Under the pieces are notes generated by a model. The model ran no database searches. It was not told where the DNA came from and saw only the letters and a program-made list of their open reading frames with translations. This document shows positions 47,512-57,330 of a stretch of 64,000 bases of DNA, one piece after another. This DNA comes from Candidatus Methylacidiphilales bacterium (lineage in GTDB: Bacteria; Verrucomicrobiota; Verrucomicrobiia; Methylacidiphilales; UBA1321), in NCBI GenBank assembly GCA_035508775.1, contig DATJMI010000039.1:11857-75856 (forward strand), in the 5' to 3' direction. Every line of letters begins with the position of its first letter. The first letter of the stretch is position 1. A program made the position numbers and the translations under genes.

Positions 47512-47939
47512 GCAGGAGGTCGGATTAAGCCTTGAAGAATGCGTCGCTGCACCCGCTCCATTTCCCGCGCTTTTTTTTGGGTCCGGTCGTCATATCCCGC
47601 GAGATGGAGCAGGCCGTGAATCGCATAAAGGAGAATTTCTTGCCCGGTCTCGAGTCCGAAACGCGGCGCTTGTTCGCGCGCCACGGCGGGGCAGACGACG
47701 ATTTCACCATAGGGAAAGGTGATCACGTCGGTTTCGTCCGGCTGGCCGAGAAATTCAGCATGGAGGCGCGCCATGGTCGCGCGGTCAACCAGGGCGATTT
47801 CGATTTTCTCCAAATTCGGGGGGAGCGGCCGGGGAAGCAGCGGCAGCGCCGATTCAAGCAGCCGCCGAAGCGGGCGGACCCGCACTCGAACTTCGCTTTG
47901 TTGGTTTGACAACCGTACTCGGTTTATCCTTCTTCGCAT
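47508..47939 (-). CDS. ybeY: rRNA maturation RNase YbeY
   Basis: TDVITF, HGLLHLAGYDD; start uncertain. Confidence 0.9.
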   Translation of the reverse strand: MRRRINRVRLSNQQSEVRVRVRPLRRLLESALPLLPRPLPPNLEKIEIALVDRATMARLHAEFLGQPDETDVITFPYGEIVVCPAVAREQAPRFGLETGQEILLYAIHGLLHLAGYDDRTQKKAREMERVQRRILQGLIRPPA

Positions 47940-49440
47940 AGGCGATGCGGGTATGCATCATGTTCTTAAGCGTGCCCGACATGGCCTCTGCCGCGGCGCG
48001 AATCTCGTTCATGGTCAGGTGACACTCGTCAAGCTGGTGCGTTCTGATCTTGTGCTCGACGATCTCATGGACGAGATCTTCGATGCGTTGCGCGGTCGGT
48101 TTTTCGAGGGAACGAGAGGCTGCTTCGACGGCGTCGGCGATGCTCAGCAGGGCGATCTCCTTGCTTTGCGGGCGTGGTCCGGGATAACGGAAGGAATTTT
48201 CGGAAACCTCCGGGACATCTTCCTCGCGCATGTTCATGATCTTGCCGCCCTCGCGGGCGTCCCGCTGCTGCTGGAGCGCGCGCTGATAAAAATAGGTGAC
48301 GACCGAGTCGCCGTGGTGCTGCTGGATGGCGTCGAGAATCTGTTTCTTCAGCCGGTACTTGAGGGCGAGGTCGATACCTTCCTTGACGTGCGCAATGATG
48401 ATGAGCGCGCTCATGCTGGGCGAGAGATTCTCATGCGGGTTCGCGCCCGGCGGAATGTTTTCGGCGAAATACTCGGGTTTGATGATTTTGCCGATATCGT
48501 GGAAATAAGCCATGACGCGGCAGGCGGTGGCGTCGATGCCGACGGCCTTGGCGCCCGCTTCGGCCAAATTGGCGACGAGCAGGCTATGATGGTACGTGCC
48601 GGGCGCCTCCATGGTCATTTGCTGGAGGAGTGGATGATTGAGGTCGGCCATTTCGATCCAGGAGATGGTGGTGGTGATTTGGAACGCGCCTTCCACCAAC
48701 GGAAGAATCGCGCCAACGATCATGGCCGTGCCGATACCCGCGCCGATGCCGCAGAGCGCTTGGAGTTCAAGTGTATGCAGGCTCCGGCCATGAACGAGTC
48801 CCAGCACCAGGGAACAGATCAGGTTGAGCCCGCCTACGGCAAAACCGGCTTTGATCAGGTCAAAGCGTTTACGGACATTCTGGCTGAAATAGACGGCGGT
48901 GAATCCGGAGAGAAGGCTGATGAGCAGGAAGGTAAAGTCCTGTCCGGTCAAAAGAGAGGCGAGCATGCTGACCTGCACAACGCTGAAGATTCCGGCCCGC
49001 GTGCCCAGCAAAAGGGTGATTAGGAAAGGAGCGAAGGCGCATGGGCTGAGGAAAAAGAATGGCGTCAAACCGGACGAGTCGTGATAAGGCCAGACGAGAT
49101 AGAGATCTTTGACGACTAGAAGATTGAACCAAATCACGCCAAAAAAAAGAACCAGATAGGAATTGGTCCGCCAAACTACCGGGCACTCGAGCTCGAGCAG
49201 CATCAAGCCGCTGAGAAAAATGATAAAGGCGAGAATTTGATCCTGGCGGATATCATGCGCATGGCCCCAGGCGACGCCGAGGTAGAGCAGCACGATGAAG
49301 AGGACGAAGATAAGCAGCCGGGCAATCCTGCTCGATTCGATTTTGTCCTGCAGGCTATCTTCGGAGTGGCACAGGCGGGTTTTGTCACAGGCCAACCCCT
49401 TGCGCACAAGGCGGCGACGTTCAAACCAGTCGAGGATCAT
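47854..49440 (-). CDS. 7TM-HD phosphohydrolase (PgpH-like)
   Basis: Multi-TM, EAPGTYHHS, FHDIGK, QHHG, ADAVEAASR. Confidence 0.9.
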   Translation of the reverse strand: MILDWFERRRLVRKGLACDKTRLCHSEDSLQDKIESSRIARLLIFVLFIVLLYLGVAWGHAHDIRQDQILAFIIFLSGLMLLELECPVVWRTNSYLVLFFGVIWFNLLVVKDLYLVWPYHDSSGLTPFFFLSPCAFAPFLITLLLGTRAGIFSVVQVSMLASLLTGQDFTFLLISLLSGFTAVYFSQNVRKRFDLIKAGFAVGGLNLICSLVLGLVHGRSLHTLELQALCGIGAGIGTAMIVGAILPLVEGAFQITTTISWIEMADLNHPLLQQMTMEAPGTYHHSLLVANLAEAGAKAVGIDATACRVMAYFHDIGKIIKPEYFAENIPPGANPHENLSPSMSALIIIAHVKEGIDLALKYRLKKQILDAIQQHHGDSVVTYFYQRALQQQRDAREGGKIMNMREEDVPEVSENSFRYPGPRPQSKEIALLSIADAVEAASRSLEKPTAQRIEDLVHEIVEHKIRTHQLDECHLTMNEIRAAAEAMSGTLKNMMHTRIAYAKKDKPSTVVKPTKRSSSAGPPASAAA

Positions 49441-49450
49441 GGAGGAAAGC

Positions 49451-50452
49451 CTAGAGAGTCAGGCTGGTGGTTTTTTCGCCCCGGTGCGCTTTATAAGCGC
49501 GGATGATGCGCTGAACCAGTTCGTGGCGGATGACGTCGACTTCGTCGAATTTGGTAAAGGAGATGCCCTCGGTGCCGTGCAGCGCCTGCATGGCTTCAAT
49601 CAGGCCCGATTTGCGGTTATGGGGAAGATCGACCTGGGAGGGATCGCCGGTAACCACACATTTGGAATCTTGCCCAAGCCGGGTCAGGAACATGAACATC
49701 TGTTCGGTGGTGGCGTTTTGCGCCTCGTCGAGGATGACAAAGCTATGGCTGAGTGTGCGCCCCCGCATGTAGGCCAGCGGGGCAATCTCAATGATCCCCT
49801 TATCCATGTAGCGTTGGATTTCTTCGTTTTCGATCATGTCATTAAGAGCATCGTAAAGGGGACGGAGGTAGGGGAAGATTTTTTCCTGTAAATCGCCCGG
49901 CAAAAAACCGAGCGCCTCACCGGCTTCCACTGCGGGCCGCGTCAGTACAATACGCGTGACTTCCCCGTTTTTCAATGCGGCAACGGCCATAGCCATGGCC
50001 AGGAAGGTCTTGCCGGTACCGGCCGGACCAATTCCAAAGATGAGATCATATTCCTTGATCGACTCGACATACTTCTTCTGTTGCAACGACTTAGGAACAA
50101 TTGGAGGCTTTTTTGCCGATATCTGGATACGGGCAGAATGAAGGTCAGGCAGCTTCACCTCGGTTCCATTGGAGACCGAGTCGAGGGCGAAGTTAAACTC
50201 GTTTTTACGGATGTAGAGCCCCTTTTCGCGGGCGAGATGGAGTTGCTGAAAGACGTCGCGCGCTTTGGTGATCGACTCCGCCGGGCCGTCGATTTTGATC
50301 CAGCCTTCGCGGGTGGTGATTTTTACCCCGAAACGTTCCTCCAGCCGCCGCAAATTCTGGGGATCGTTGACGTAGAGGGCTTGGGCGGCCCGGGCATTTT
50401 CAAAATTGAGCGTTTCGCTGGTCGCCATCGGCGGCGTCACAGTATCGGGCAT
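49451..50452 (-). CDS. phoH: PhoH family ATPase
   Basis: GPAGTGKT, RPAVEAGE.LGFLPG, AYMRGRTL, DEAQN. Confidence 0.93.
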   Translation of the reverse strand: MPDTVTPPMATSETLNFENARAAQALYVNDPQNLRRLEERFGVKITTREGWIKIDGPAESITKARDVFQQLHLAREKGLYIRKNEFNFALDSVSNGTEVKLPDLHSARIQISAKKPPIVPKSLQQKKYVESIKEYDLIFGIGPAGTGKTFLAMAMAVAALKNGEVTRIVLTRPAVEAGEALGFLPGDLQEKIFPYLRPLYDALNDMIENEEIQRYMDKGIIEIAPLAYMRGRTLSHSFVILDEAQNATTEQMFMFLTRLGQDSKCVVTGDPSQVDLPHNRKSGLIEAMQALHGTEGISFTKFDEVDVIRHELVQRIIRAYKAHRGEKTTSLTL

Positions 50453-50488
50453 GGCCAGGATGTCAATTGTGCCGTGGTAAAATAGCGA

Positions 50489-51256
50489 TTACACCTCGGG
50501 AACGTTATGTTCCGGGAGAGTGGAGAGATTTGAGACGAAGGGCTTGATTTTCCAGTCCGTTTTATGGTGTTCTGCCCTGTTGCCAAGGGAATCCTCGCCA
50601 CGGACGTAATATTTTTGCCGCTTGCGCCCGTCGTACTTGAACTTTTCGTTGAAGACAGTCCGTTTCTTGCGGTAGTCCTCATAACGGGCATAGAGTTCGG
50701 GATTGGTCTGGAGGGAAAGGATTTCCGGCTCCACGCTATCAACGATATCGACCGGATAGGGGATGATCTGGGCGATCGGCTCGCCCCGGTTAAAACGGAC
50801 GCGCGTATCTTTGGCGGTCATTCTCCAGTTCATGGTGAAAGGGTAGGGGACCCAATCGGTTTCAATCACCCCTTCGAGGGCCTGAATGCCATGCTTGGGA
50901 TAGTTGGCCGGACCTTTGGTGATGATGCTAATTTTAGTTTCCGTCCAGAACATGAACTCCGCATGAAAGGTAACGACGCCGGAACCGAAATGGGACGAGG
51001 GCAGAAAATGTTTTTCGTTCTCGGTGAGTTCTTCGGTGGGCCATACTTTGAGTCCATTGGGATCATCCGTCCCGTCCCACTCCATTTCGCAAGGCACATC
51101 GTTAATTAGGAACCAGCCAAGGCTGTTGGCCATGACAAGCGGCAGGCAATGATAGGCAAAAGCACCTGGAGTCTTGTCCATCCATTCCCGGGTGCGGGAA
51201 GCGGGGACGAGACGCTGACACTTGTAGTCGAATGTCTTATAGGCAATGAGTTTCAT
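50489..51256 (-). CDS. DUF6065-like protein
   Basis: R.WMD.T...AY.CLPL..AN..GW and GVIETDW.PY.FTMNW. Confidence 0.75.
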   Translation of the reverse strand: MKLIAYKTFDYKCQRLVPASRTREWMDKTPGAFAYHCLPLVMANSLGWFLINDVPCEMEWDGTDDPNGLKVWPTEELTENEKHFLPSSHFGSGVVTFHAEFMFWTETKISIITKGPANYPKHGIQALEGVIETDWVPYPFTMNWRMTAKDTRVRFNRGEPIAQIIPYPVDIVDSVEPEILSLQTNPELYARYEDYRKKRTVFNEKFKYDGRKRQKYYVRGEDSLGNRAEHHKTDWKIKPFVSNLSTLPEHNVPEV

Positions 51257-51349
51257 GTGAAATTCTCTTTAAAACGGCATTCGAATCAGTTTAGCACAAA
51301 CTCGTTGAACAATCACTTAAATGTGCTTTTATTTTAGTCTTAAGATAAG

Positions 51350-52228
51350 TCAAGGAAGCCCGGCCGGTTTCCCGCCCAGTTCGAAAAAGATCTTCGCGAA
51401 AATAAGGCCAGCCAGAAGTCCCGCTCCCAATCCGGCAAAAAAAATCACGACGTACCAAATCCGGCTCAAAGTATTTGGCGGTGGTTTGTTTTCCTGAGGG
51501 AGACTTTCCGTTCCCATTTGCGGGGAAGACCCCCTGCCTTCGGCCTCAGGTATCACCAGCTGCTGCCGGGGGTATTGGTGGGGCGCAACTGAACGTTCGG
51601 ATATCAGAGCCGGGGTCACAGCGACCGTTTGTCTGGGAATTGATCTGGCCGATGAGCTCGGTGCTTTCGTGGGTTGAGGCTGGGATTGGGGAGGAGTACC
51701 CGTGATAGGAGGCTGTGGTTCGCGGATGGTAATGGCATTGAGCATTTCCGCATCGCTGTCGGTGGAGCTCACCTCCGGGGCGGCTAACTTGTCCTGAGGG
51801 ATGGATGGTGGAGTCCATGGCGCTTCACCAATGTTGGGGAGCCGTTCGGTCGGGCGTCTCATGCTTGCGAAGTTACGCGGCATAAGCGGCGCCTTGGGTT
51901 CCGGTTCGACTTCTCCGGTCACCTCCGGATCGATTCGGAACGCCACCGAGCCGATATGCACGACATCGCCATAATTGATTGGCGCGCGGGTCGTGAGATA
52001 AGCGCCGCGCAGAGCCGTGCCGTTGGCCGAGCCAAGATCTTCGATGAAAAAGCCGTCGTCTTGATTCAAGATTCGGGCGTGGTTCCGGCTGACGGAGACG
52101 TCATCCACGTGAACATACGCTTCATCCGCACGGCCAACCAAAAATTCTCCAGCCGGAATCGGCATGGCTTGGCCCGTCTTGAGATTGCGGAATTTGAAGA
52201 CAACCATCGAATGAAGAATAATTGCCAT
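51350..52228 (-). CDS. FHA-domain protein with C-terminal TM anchor
   Basis: VGR, SVSRNHA, DLGSANGT. Confidence 0.88.
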   Translation of the reverse strand: MAIILHSMVVFKFRNLKTGQAMPIPAGEFLVGRADEAYVHVDDVSVSRNHARILNQDDGFFIEDLGSANGTALRGAYLTTRAPINYGDVVHIGSVAFRIDPEVTGEVEPEPKAPLMPRNFASMRRPTERLPNIGEAPWTPPSIPQDKLAAPEVSSTDSDAEMLNAITIREPQPPITGTPPQSQPQPTKAPSSSARSIPRQTVAVTPALISERSVAPHQYPRQQLVIPEAEGRGSSPQMGTESLPQENKPPPNTLSRIWYVVIFFAGLGAGLLAGLIFAKIFFELGGKPAGLP

Positions 52229-52389
52229 ACCTTACAGAATTTGCCAAGTGGCAAGATGAATTAATTTGGGGGATATGGCACATAGGCGACTATTTACAGT
52301 ATTTTTCGTAACAAAAAAGTTACAAAATTTTTGTTAAAATTCGGATATGTCTTGAATTGATTTCGTGGAGGTTTATTTCTCAAAGGGTA

Positions 52390-53397
52390 ATGCCGGAGCA
52401 CGATCCTCTCGCCTCAAAATCCGAACCCGAGGCATCCACGGGTGAATTTGATTTCGCCACGCCCCCGGGCGAAAATCCACGAGTGAAGAAGCGTTCGCTG
52501 AGGCTCAAGACGGAAAACAAACTCCGAACCGTGAACAAGACCGCATCGCTGACGCGGAAGCTGGAACGGGAGGCGTCTCCTCGTTCGGCGGCAGCCGCGG
52601 CCACGCCAGAGCCGCCAGTCCACGACGATGATGACGAAGCCGGGGAACTCGTCTCTCCGCCGAACCCGGCAACCACCTCCCAGCCCACTATTTCCAAGCC
52701 GGCCCAGCCCGGCGGCACGAAGACGGAAACAACTTCTCCGCACGGCACACGTCCCGCCACGTTTTATTACAGCACGGGCGCCAACAAAAATAAAAATAAG
52801 GAAACCGCCGCTCCCATGAAAACAACCACCGCTCCAAGCGCCCCAACGGCATCCGCCGCTCCCACCCAAACGCCTTCCTCTACGCGCGCCGCGGCATCTC
52901 CAACGCGTCCTGCGACGGTGATGGATTATCGCGCCAACATGGAGCGGCAGGCGCGCGAGCAAAAGTCGATTGGCAGCATTCTCGCCATCGTGGTGTATGT
53001 TCTCATTGGCTTCTTTGTCCTTGGCGCGGGCCTCGCGGGTTATGGGCTTTATAGTCTTTCCAAACGAATCGAGGGGCAGAGCGTTACTATTGCCGACTTG
53101 GACAAACGTTACAGCGCCGAGAGTCAAAAGCTGGGCACGCAAATCCAACAACTCGGCGCGCAGCTTCAGGCCGCCGATGAAAATCTGGCCCAGGCGCAGG
53201 TACAGATCGGTCATCAACAGGCGTTGCTTTTGCAGGAACAAGAGGAGATCAACAAGCTGATCGCCGCCAACGATAACACCGCCATGGCGTTGCGCCAGGA
53301 GCGCGCCGCCCGCGCCGACGAAGAGGCCGATCTCCGGGCCAGAATCCGGAGTCTCGAATATCGCAATGGTTCCTCCACGACGACGCAACGGTACTGA
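52390..53397 (+). CDS. Hypothetical protein: disordered Thr/Pro-rich N-terminus, TM, coiled coil
   Basis: Composition and single TM in long ORF. Confidence 0.7.
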   Translation: MPEHDPLASKSEPEASTGEFDFATPPGENPRVKKRSLRLKTENKLRTVNKTASLTRKLEREASPRSAAAAATPEPPVHDDDDEAGELVSPPNPATTSQPTISKPAQPGGTKTETTSPHGTRPATFYYSTGANKNKNKETAAPMKTTTAPSAPTASAAPTQTPSSTRAAASPTRPATVMDYRANMERQAREQKSIGSILAIVVYVLIGFFVLGAGLAGYGLYSLSKRIEGQSVTIADLDKRYSAESQKLGTQIQQLGAQLQAADENLAQAQVQIGHQQALLLQEQEEINKLIAANDNTAMALRQERAARADEEADLRARIRSLEYRNGSSTTTQRY

Positions 53398-53409
53398 TTT
53401 TTTCTGGCG

Positions 53410-53952
53410 ATGATTTCAGTTGAATTGCAGCGCATTCTCGCGGAGTGGCGGCTGCGGTTGCAGCGGGTCAAAGACATTCTTCAGCCCCCTTCCTGGAACG
53501 AAGATGAGTGGCGCCAGTTTTCCCAGGCCCTGGCCCTGTTGGTGCGCGAGCACGGCAAAAGCTGGATTATCGATCCCAATGTCTATTGGGATCTCCGTTG
53601 GCGCCTGCAGGACGGCGCCGAACTCGTTTGCCAGATTGAGCATACTCCAGGCATAAAAACGTCCCTGGTCGTGGCGCAGAACGGCGGTTTCGCCGCCGCA
53701 GTTGGAAGCTACACTTGGCTGTGGGCCGAGTTCAACATGGAGGGTCTTTTCGCTCGGGATCCCTACTGGGTCGATGGCACCTGGAAAGACGCGCTTACCG
53801 CTCTGTTGCTGCCGCTCGACCGGCGCTCATCCTATCTCCTGGCCAGCCGGACCGAAACTCCCGAGGCTCTGCTATTGCAGGAGGGCGCGCGGCCCAATAA
53901 CGGTGTTTATTCTCTGCCGTCGATTCCCGGTAAGCCGGGAGAATCATCATAG
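53410..53952 (+). CDS. Hypothetical protein
   Basis: 180-aa ORF directly following upstream gene, Trp-rich globular composition. Confidence 0.6.
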   Translation: MISVELQRILAEWRLRLQRVKDILQPPSWNEDEWRQFSQALALLVREHGKSWIIDPNVYWDLRWRLQDGAELVCQIEHTPGIKTSLVVAQNGGFAAAVGSYTWLWAEFNMEGLFARDPYWVDGTWKDALTALLLPLDRRSSYLLASRTETPEALLLQEGARPNNGVYSLPSIPGKPGESS

Positions 53953-54114
53953 CAGTTTGTTCAGTTCGTCCACGCTGAGGCCGGCTTGACGGAAGGTTCT
54001 GATAAGAGGGCCCAGATATAACTCTCGATGGCCTTGGGAAATGCAGCCGGGCAGGCTTGGACATTCGCTTACCCATGCGCCGTCTTCACCCGGATAAACA
54101 AGAATCTGTCGCAC
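53947..54114 (-). pseudogene. Collapsed hicB-hicA toxin-antitoxin remnant
   Basis: Hand translation MRQILVYPGEDGAWVSECPSLPGCISQG (HicB N-term) ... RQAGLSVDELNKLL (HicA C-term); 55 aa, below ORF track cutoff. Confidence 0.8.
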
Positions 54115-54247
54115 GATGAAATGCTAACTCGGTTGAGATCATCGTCAAATCGCTTTCTGGACGGATATCTTGCCAAACGTATTGTTCACAAAGCGAAAGG
54201 CAGTCCCCGCATTGACCGTTTCTTCTCTTCGCGCTAACCGTTATTTC

Positions 54248-54454
54248 ATGGCACAAAAATTGACCTGGAAAGACGCGGAAGAAATTGCTTACGCGCTGAT
54301 CGACAAGTTTCCCGATCAGGACCCGCTCAAGCTCAGTTTTCCGAAGTTGCACAAACTGGTGATCGAACTGGAGGATTTCGGCGACGATCCCGAAAAATCG
54401 AACGAGGCCTCTTTGGAGGCGATCCAGATGGCCTGGTATGAGGAGGTCAAATGA
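54248..54454 (+). CDS. iscX: Fe-S cluster assembly protein IscX
   Basis: W.D..EIA..L...P..DP..F..L......F.DDP..SNE..LEAIQ.AW.EE. Confidence 0.9.
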   Translation: MAQKLTWKDAEEIAYALIDKFPDQDPLKLSFPKLHKLVIELEDFGDDPEKSNEASLEAIQMAWYEEVK

Positions 54455-54840
54455 GCGAGCGCGTGGCCATTACCTCTCCCGATGCTCCGCCGGCCATCGG
54501 GCCTTACTCGCAGGGCATTCGCGCCGGCTCCTTCGTTTTTCTCTCCGGCCAGATTCCACTGGTGCGTGACACGGGCAAATTCGTCGAAGGGCAGATCAAG
54601 GAACAGACCGAGCAGGTCATCCTCAATATCAAGGCGCTGCTTGCTTCGCAGGGGCTCGATTTAAACGACGTCGTCAAATCGACCGTCTACCTCGCCGACA
54701 TGAATGAGTTCAACGCCATGAACGAGATTTACGCCAAACACTTTGCCGGAACGCCGCCGGCCCGTTCGACCGTGCAGGTGGCGCGGCTTCCGCGCGACGC
54801 CAAAGTGGAGATTGAGGTCATCGCCCAGGTGAGGAGTTGA
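54451..54840 (+). CDS. ridA: RidA/YjgF enamine deaminase
   Basis: AIGPYSQ, SGQIP, PARS.VQV..LP....VEIE. Confidence 0.92.
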   Translation: MSERVAITSPDAPPAIGPYSQGIRAGSFVFLSGQIPLVRDTGKFVEGQIKEQTEQVILNIKALLASQGLDLNDVVKSTVYLADMNEFNAMNEIYAKHFAGTPPARSTVQVARLPRDAKVEIEVIAQVRS

Positions 54841-54842
54841 CC

Positions 54843-55385
54843 ATGCCGGACGATTCGCGCGCCGCGCTGGCCCGCCGCATTTACGAAATGGCTCATATTA
54901 CCGGCGAGTTCACACTTCGCTCCGGAGCGAAAAGTCATGAGTATTTCGACAAGTATCTCTTCGAGGCGGAGCCGAAGCTCCTCAAGGATATCGCCGAAGC
55001 GATGACGCCACTCGTGCCGCCCGGCATCGAGGCGTTGGCCGGACTCGAAATGGGCGGTATTCCCCTGGCGACCATGCTCTCGCAACTTACCGGCTTGCCC
55101 GTACTCTTCGTCCGGAAAAAGGCGAAGGAATATGGCACCTGCAAAATCGCCGAAGGCGGCGCGGTGCGCAGACGCCGGTTGCTCATCGTCGAAGACGTGG
55201 TTACGTTGGGCGGGGCAATTCTCGACGCGGCCCGGGCGTTGCGTGAGGAGGGAGCGGAACTGGGCAATGTTGTCTGCGTCATTGACCGCGAATCGGGCGG
55301 CCCGGCAAATCTGGCCAAGGTGAATCTTACGCTTAAGCCCCTCTTTACCATGTCGGAACTCAAACGGGCTGCGGGAGCCGGTTAA
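54843..55385 (+). CDS. pyrE: Orotate phosphoribosyltransferase
   Basis: GEFTLRSG..S..YFDK, RKKAKEYG, VEDVVT.GG. Confidence 0.88.
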   Translation: MPDDSRAALARRIYEMAHITGEFTLRSGAKSHEYFDKYLFEAEPKLLKDIAEAMTPLVPPGIEALAGLEMGGIPLATMLSQLTGLPVLFVRKKAKEYGTCKIAEGGAVRRRRLLIVEDVVTLGGAILDAARALREEGAELGNVVCVIDRESGGPANLAKVNLTLKPLFTMSELKRAAGAG

Positions 55386-55392
55386 CCGCGGC

Positions 55393-56034
55393 TTAGCTGG
55401 CTTGTCCGGAAAGAGTCTCGCCGACTTGGAATCGGCTGAAGCGGCGGATGACGATGTTTTCGCCCAATTCGGCGATCTTCGCATTCAGGAGATCGTTGAT
55501 CGTCTTGGTGTTGTCCTTGACGAAGGTCTGCTCCAGCAGGCAGACGGTGCTGTAATATTTGTCGATTTTCCCGGCGATGATTTTCTCCACGACGGCGGCG
55601 GGTTTGCCCTGAACCTGGCCGGCGGCGACTTCCCGTTCGGTGGCGAGTAAATTTTCCGGCACTTCGTCCCGCTTGACGAAGAGCGGCGTGGCGGCGGCGA
55701 CCTGAAGAGTCACGTCTTTGACAAAGGAGCGGAAGCTTTCGTTGCGCGCGACGAAGTCGGTTTCGCAGTTGATCTCGACGAGCACGCCGACCTTGTCGCC
55801 GGCATGGATGTAGGAGCCGATGACTCCTTCCTTGGCCTCGCGTCCGGCTTTTTTGGAAGCGGCGGCGGCGCCCTTTTTGCGCAGGATGGCGACGGCGGCT
55901 TCGAGATCGCTCTTGGCCTCGACCAGGGCTTTCTTGCAATCCATCATCCCGGCGTTGGTAATGTCGCGGAGTTTTTTGACGAGTTCGGGAGAAACGTTGT
56001 CCCCTCCGGAAGAGGCGGGTGAAGTAGTGGTCAT
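55393..56034 (-). CDS. tsf: Elongation factor Ts
   Basis: AGMMDCKKAL, EINCETDFVA, GENI.IRRF. Confidence 0.97.
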   Translation of the reverse strand: MTTTSPASSGGDNVSPELVKKLRDITNAGMMDCKKALVEAKSDLEAAVAILRKKGAAAASKKAGREAKEGVIGSYIHAGDKVGVLVEINCETDFVARNESFRSFVKDVTLQVAAATPLFVKRDEVPENLLATEREVAAGQVQGKPAAVVEKIIAGKIDKYYSTVCLLEQTFVKDNTKTINDLLNAKIAELGENIVIRRFSRFQVGETLSGQAS

Positions 56035-56074
56035 AGTCCGATGGCAGGTTTTAGACGTGGGTTCTAGTACGGGG

Positions 56075-56824
56075 CTAGGCGGACACGCCGGTCAAAGATT
56101 CCTCCTCGGCGGTCTTGGCTGATTCCGGCGCGGCATGGGCGGAACCGGCGGCGCCTTCGATAATCGCATCGTTGAGGGCTTCGAGAATAATGGAGATGGA
56201 GCGGATGGCGTCGTCGTTGCCCGCGATGGGGAAATCGGCCAGATCGGGATCGGAATTGGTGTCGGTGATCGCCACCACCGGGATGTTGAGGCGCCGGGCT
56301 TCCGCGACGGCGATCGATTCGCGCGGAACGTCGATGATGATGATGGCGGCGGGGAACTTGTCCATGTCCTTGATGCCATCGAGATTTCGGTGCAGTTTGG
56401 TGTTTTCACGGCGCAGAACGGCGATTTCCTGCTTGGGAAGCTTGTTGATCTCGCCGCTCGTTTCCAGACCGTCGATATATTTCATCCGGGCGACGCTCTT
56501 GCGGATGGTGGCCAGATTGGTGAGGGTGCCGCCGAGCCAGCGCTCGGTGACGTAAAAGGAATTGCTGCGCTGGGCGAGCTCCTTGATCGTTTCCTGGGCC
56601 TGCTTTTTGCAGCCGACAAAAAGGATGCGCTTGCCGCCGCCGGCCACTTTGACGAGGAAATCCTGCGCGGTTTCGAGCTGCTTGACGGTATGCTCAAGAT
56701 TGATGACGTAGATGCCGTTGCGCGCCTCGAAAATGAACGGTTTCATTTTCGGGTTCCAGCGCTGTGTGCGGTGTCCGAAATGGACGCCGGCATCGAGGAG
56801 GTCTTTGATATCGACTCGGTTCAT
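56075..56824 (-). CDS. rpsB: 30S ribosomal protein uS2
   Basis: AGVHFGH, WNPKM, RWLGG.LTN, DTNSDP, GNDDAIRS. Confidence 0.97.
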   Translation of the reverse strand: MNRVDIKDLLDAGVHFGHRTQRWNPKMKPFIFEARNGIYVINLEHTVKQLETAQDFLVKVAGGGKRILFVGCKKQAQETIKELAQRSNSFYVTERWLGGTLTNLATIRKSVARMKYIDGLETSGEINKLPKQEIAVLRRENTKLHRNLDGIKDMDKFPAAIIIIDVPRESIAVAEARRLNIPVVAITDTNSDPDLADFPIAGNDDAIRSISIILEALNDAIIEGAAGSAHAAPESAKTAEEESLTGVSA

Positions 56825-57105
56825 GATGATCTGGCTTTCTCGTTTATGACCGGCGTGGCTTTTGGGCAAAAGCGGCGCTGGCTTCCGTTTCTACGGAATA
56901 AGTTTTCGTTGGTGTGCCGGCGGAACCGGCGTTATTTCCCGCAATTTCGCAAACAGGGTCTGAAAATCGCGGGAAGAGAAATTATGGGAAAAGCGCGGGA
57001 GGAAAGCAAGCCAGTACTCTTATCAAAAGTAGACATGGGTCGCGTCGGGAGAGATTGAGCCTTCCCATTAACCCGGGAAGGGGGCTGTCTGCGATGGGAC
57101 GAATC

Positions 57106-57279
57106 TTACTTACCGCTCTTTTCGGCTATTTTTTTAAGTTCCTTCGCGAGTTCGGACAGAGAACGCGCCATGAGGTCAAGGGCAGATGAGACACGCCAAA
57201 AAATCGTCAGGAAGATGACCAGGATGATGAAGTTAATGAGAACAAGCGAAACGGTCATGATAGGGGAATTCATGCTCAT
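57106..57279 (-). CDS. Small single-TM protein, 57 aa (not in ORF track)
   Basis: Hand translation MSMNSPIMTVSLVLINFIILVIFLTIFWRVSSALDLMARSLSELAKELKKIAEKSGK. Confidence 0.55.
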   Translation of the reverse strand: MSMNSPIMTVSLVLINFIILVIFLTIFWRVSSALDLMARSLSELAKELKKIAEKSGK

Positions 57280-57330
57280 GCGCGAAGCGTATCCCCGGAA
57301 AAGGGGAAGGCAAGAAACCGTTGCGGCGGC

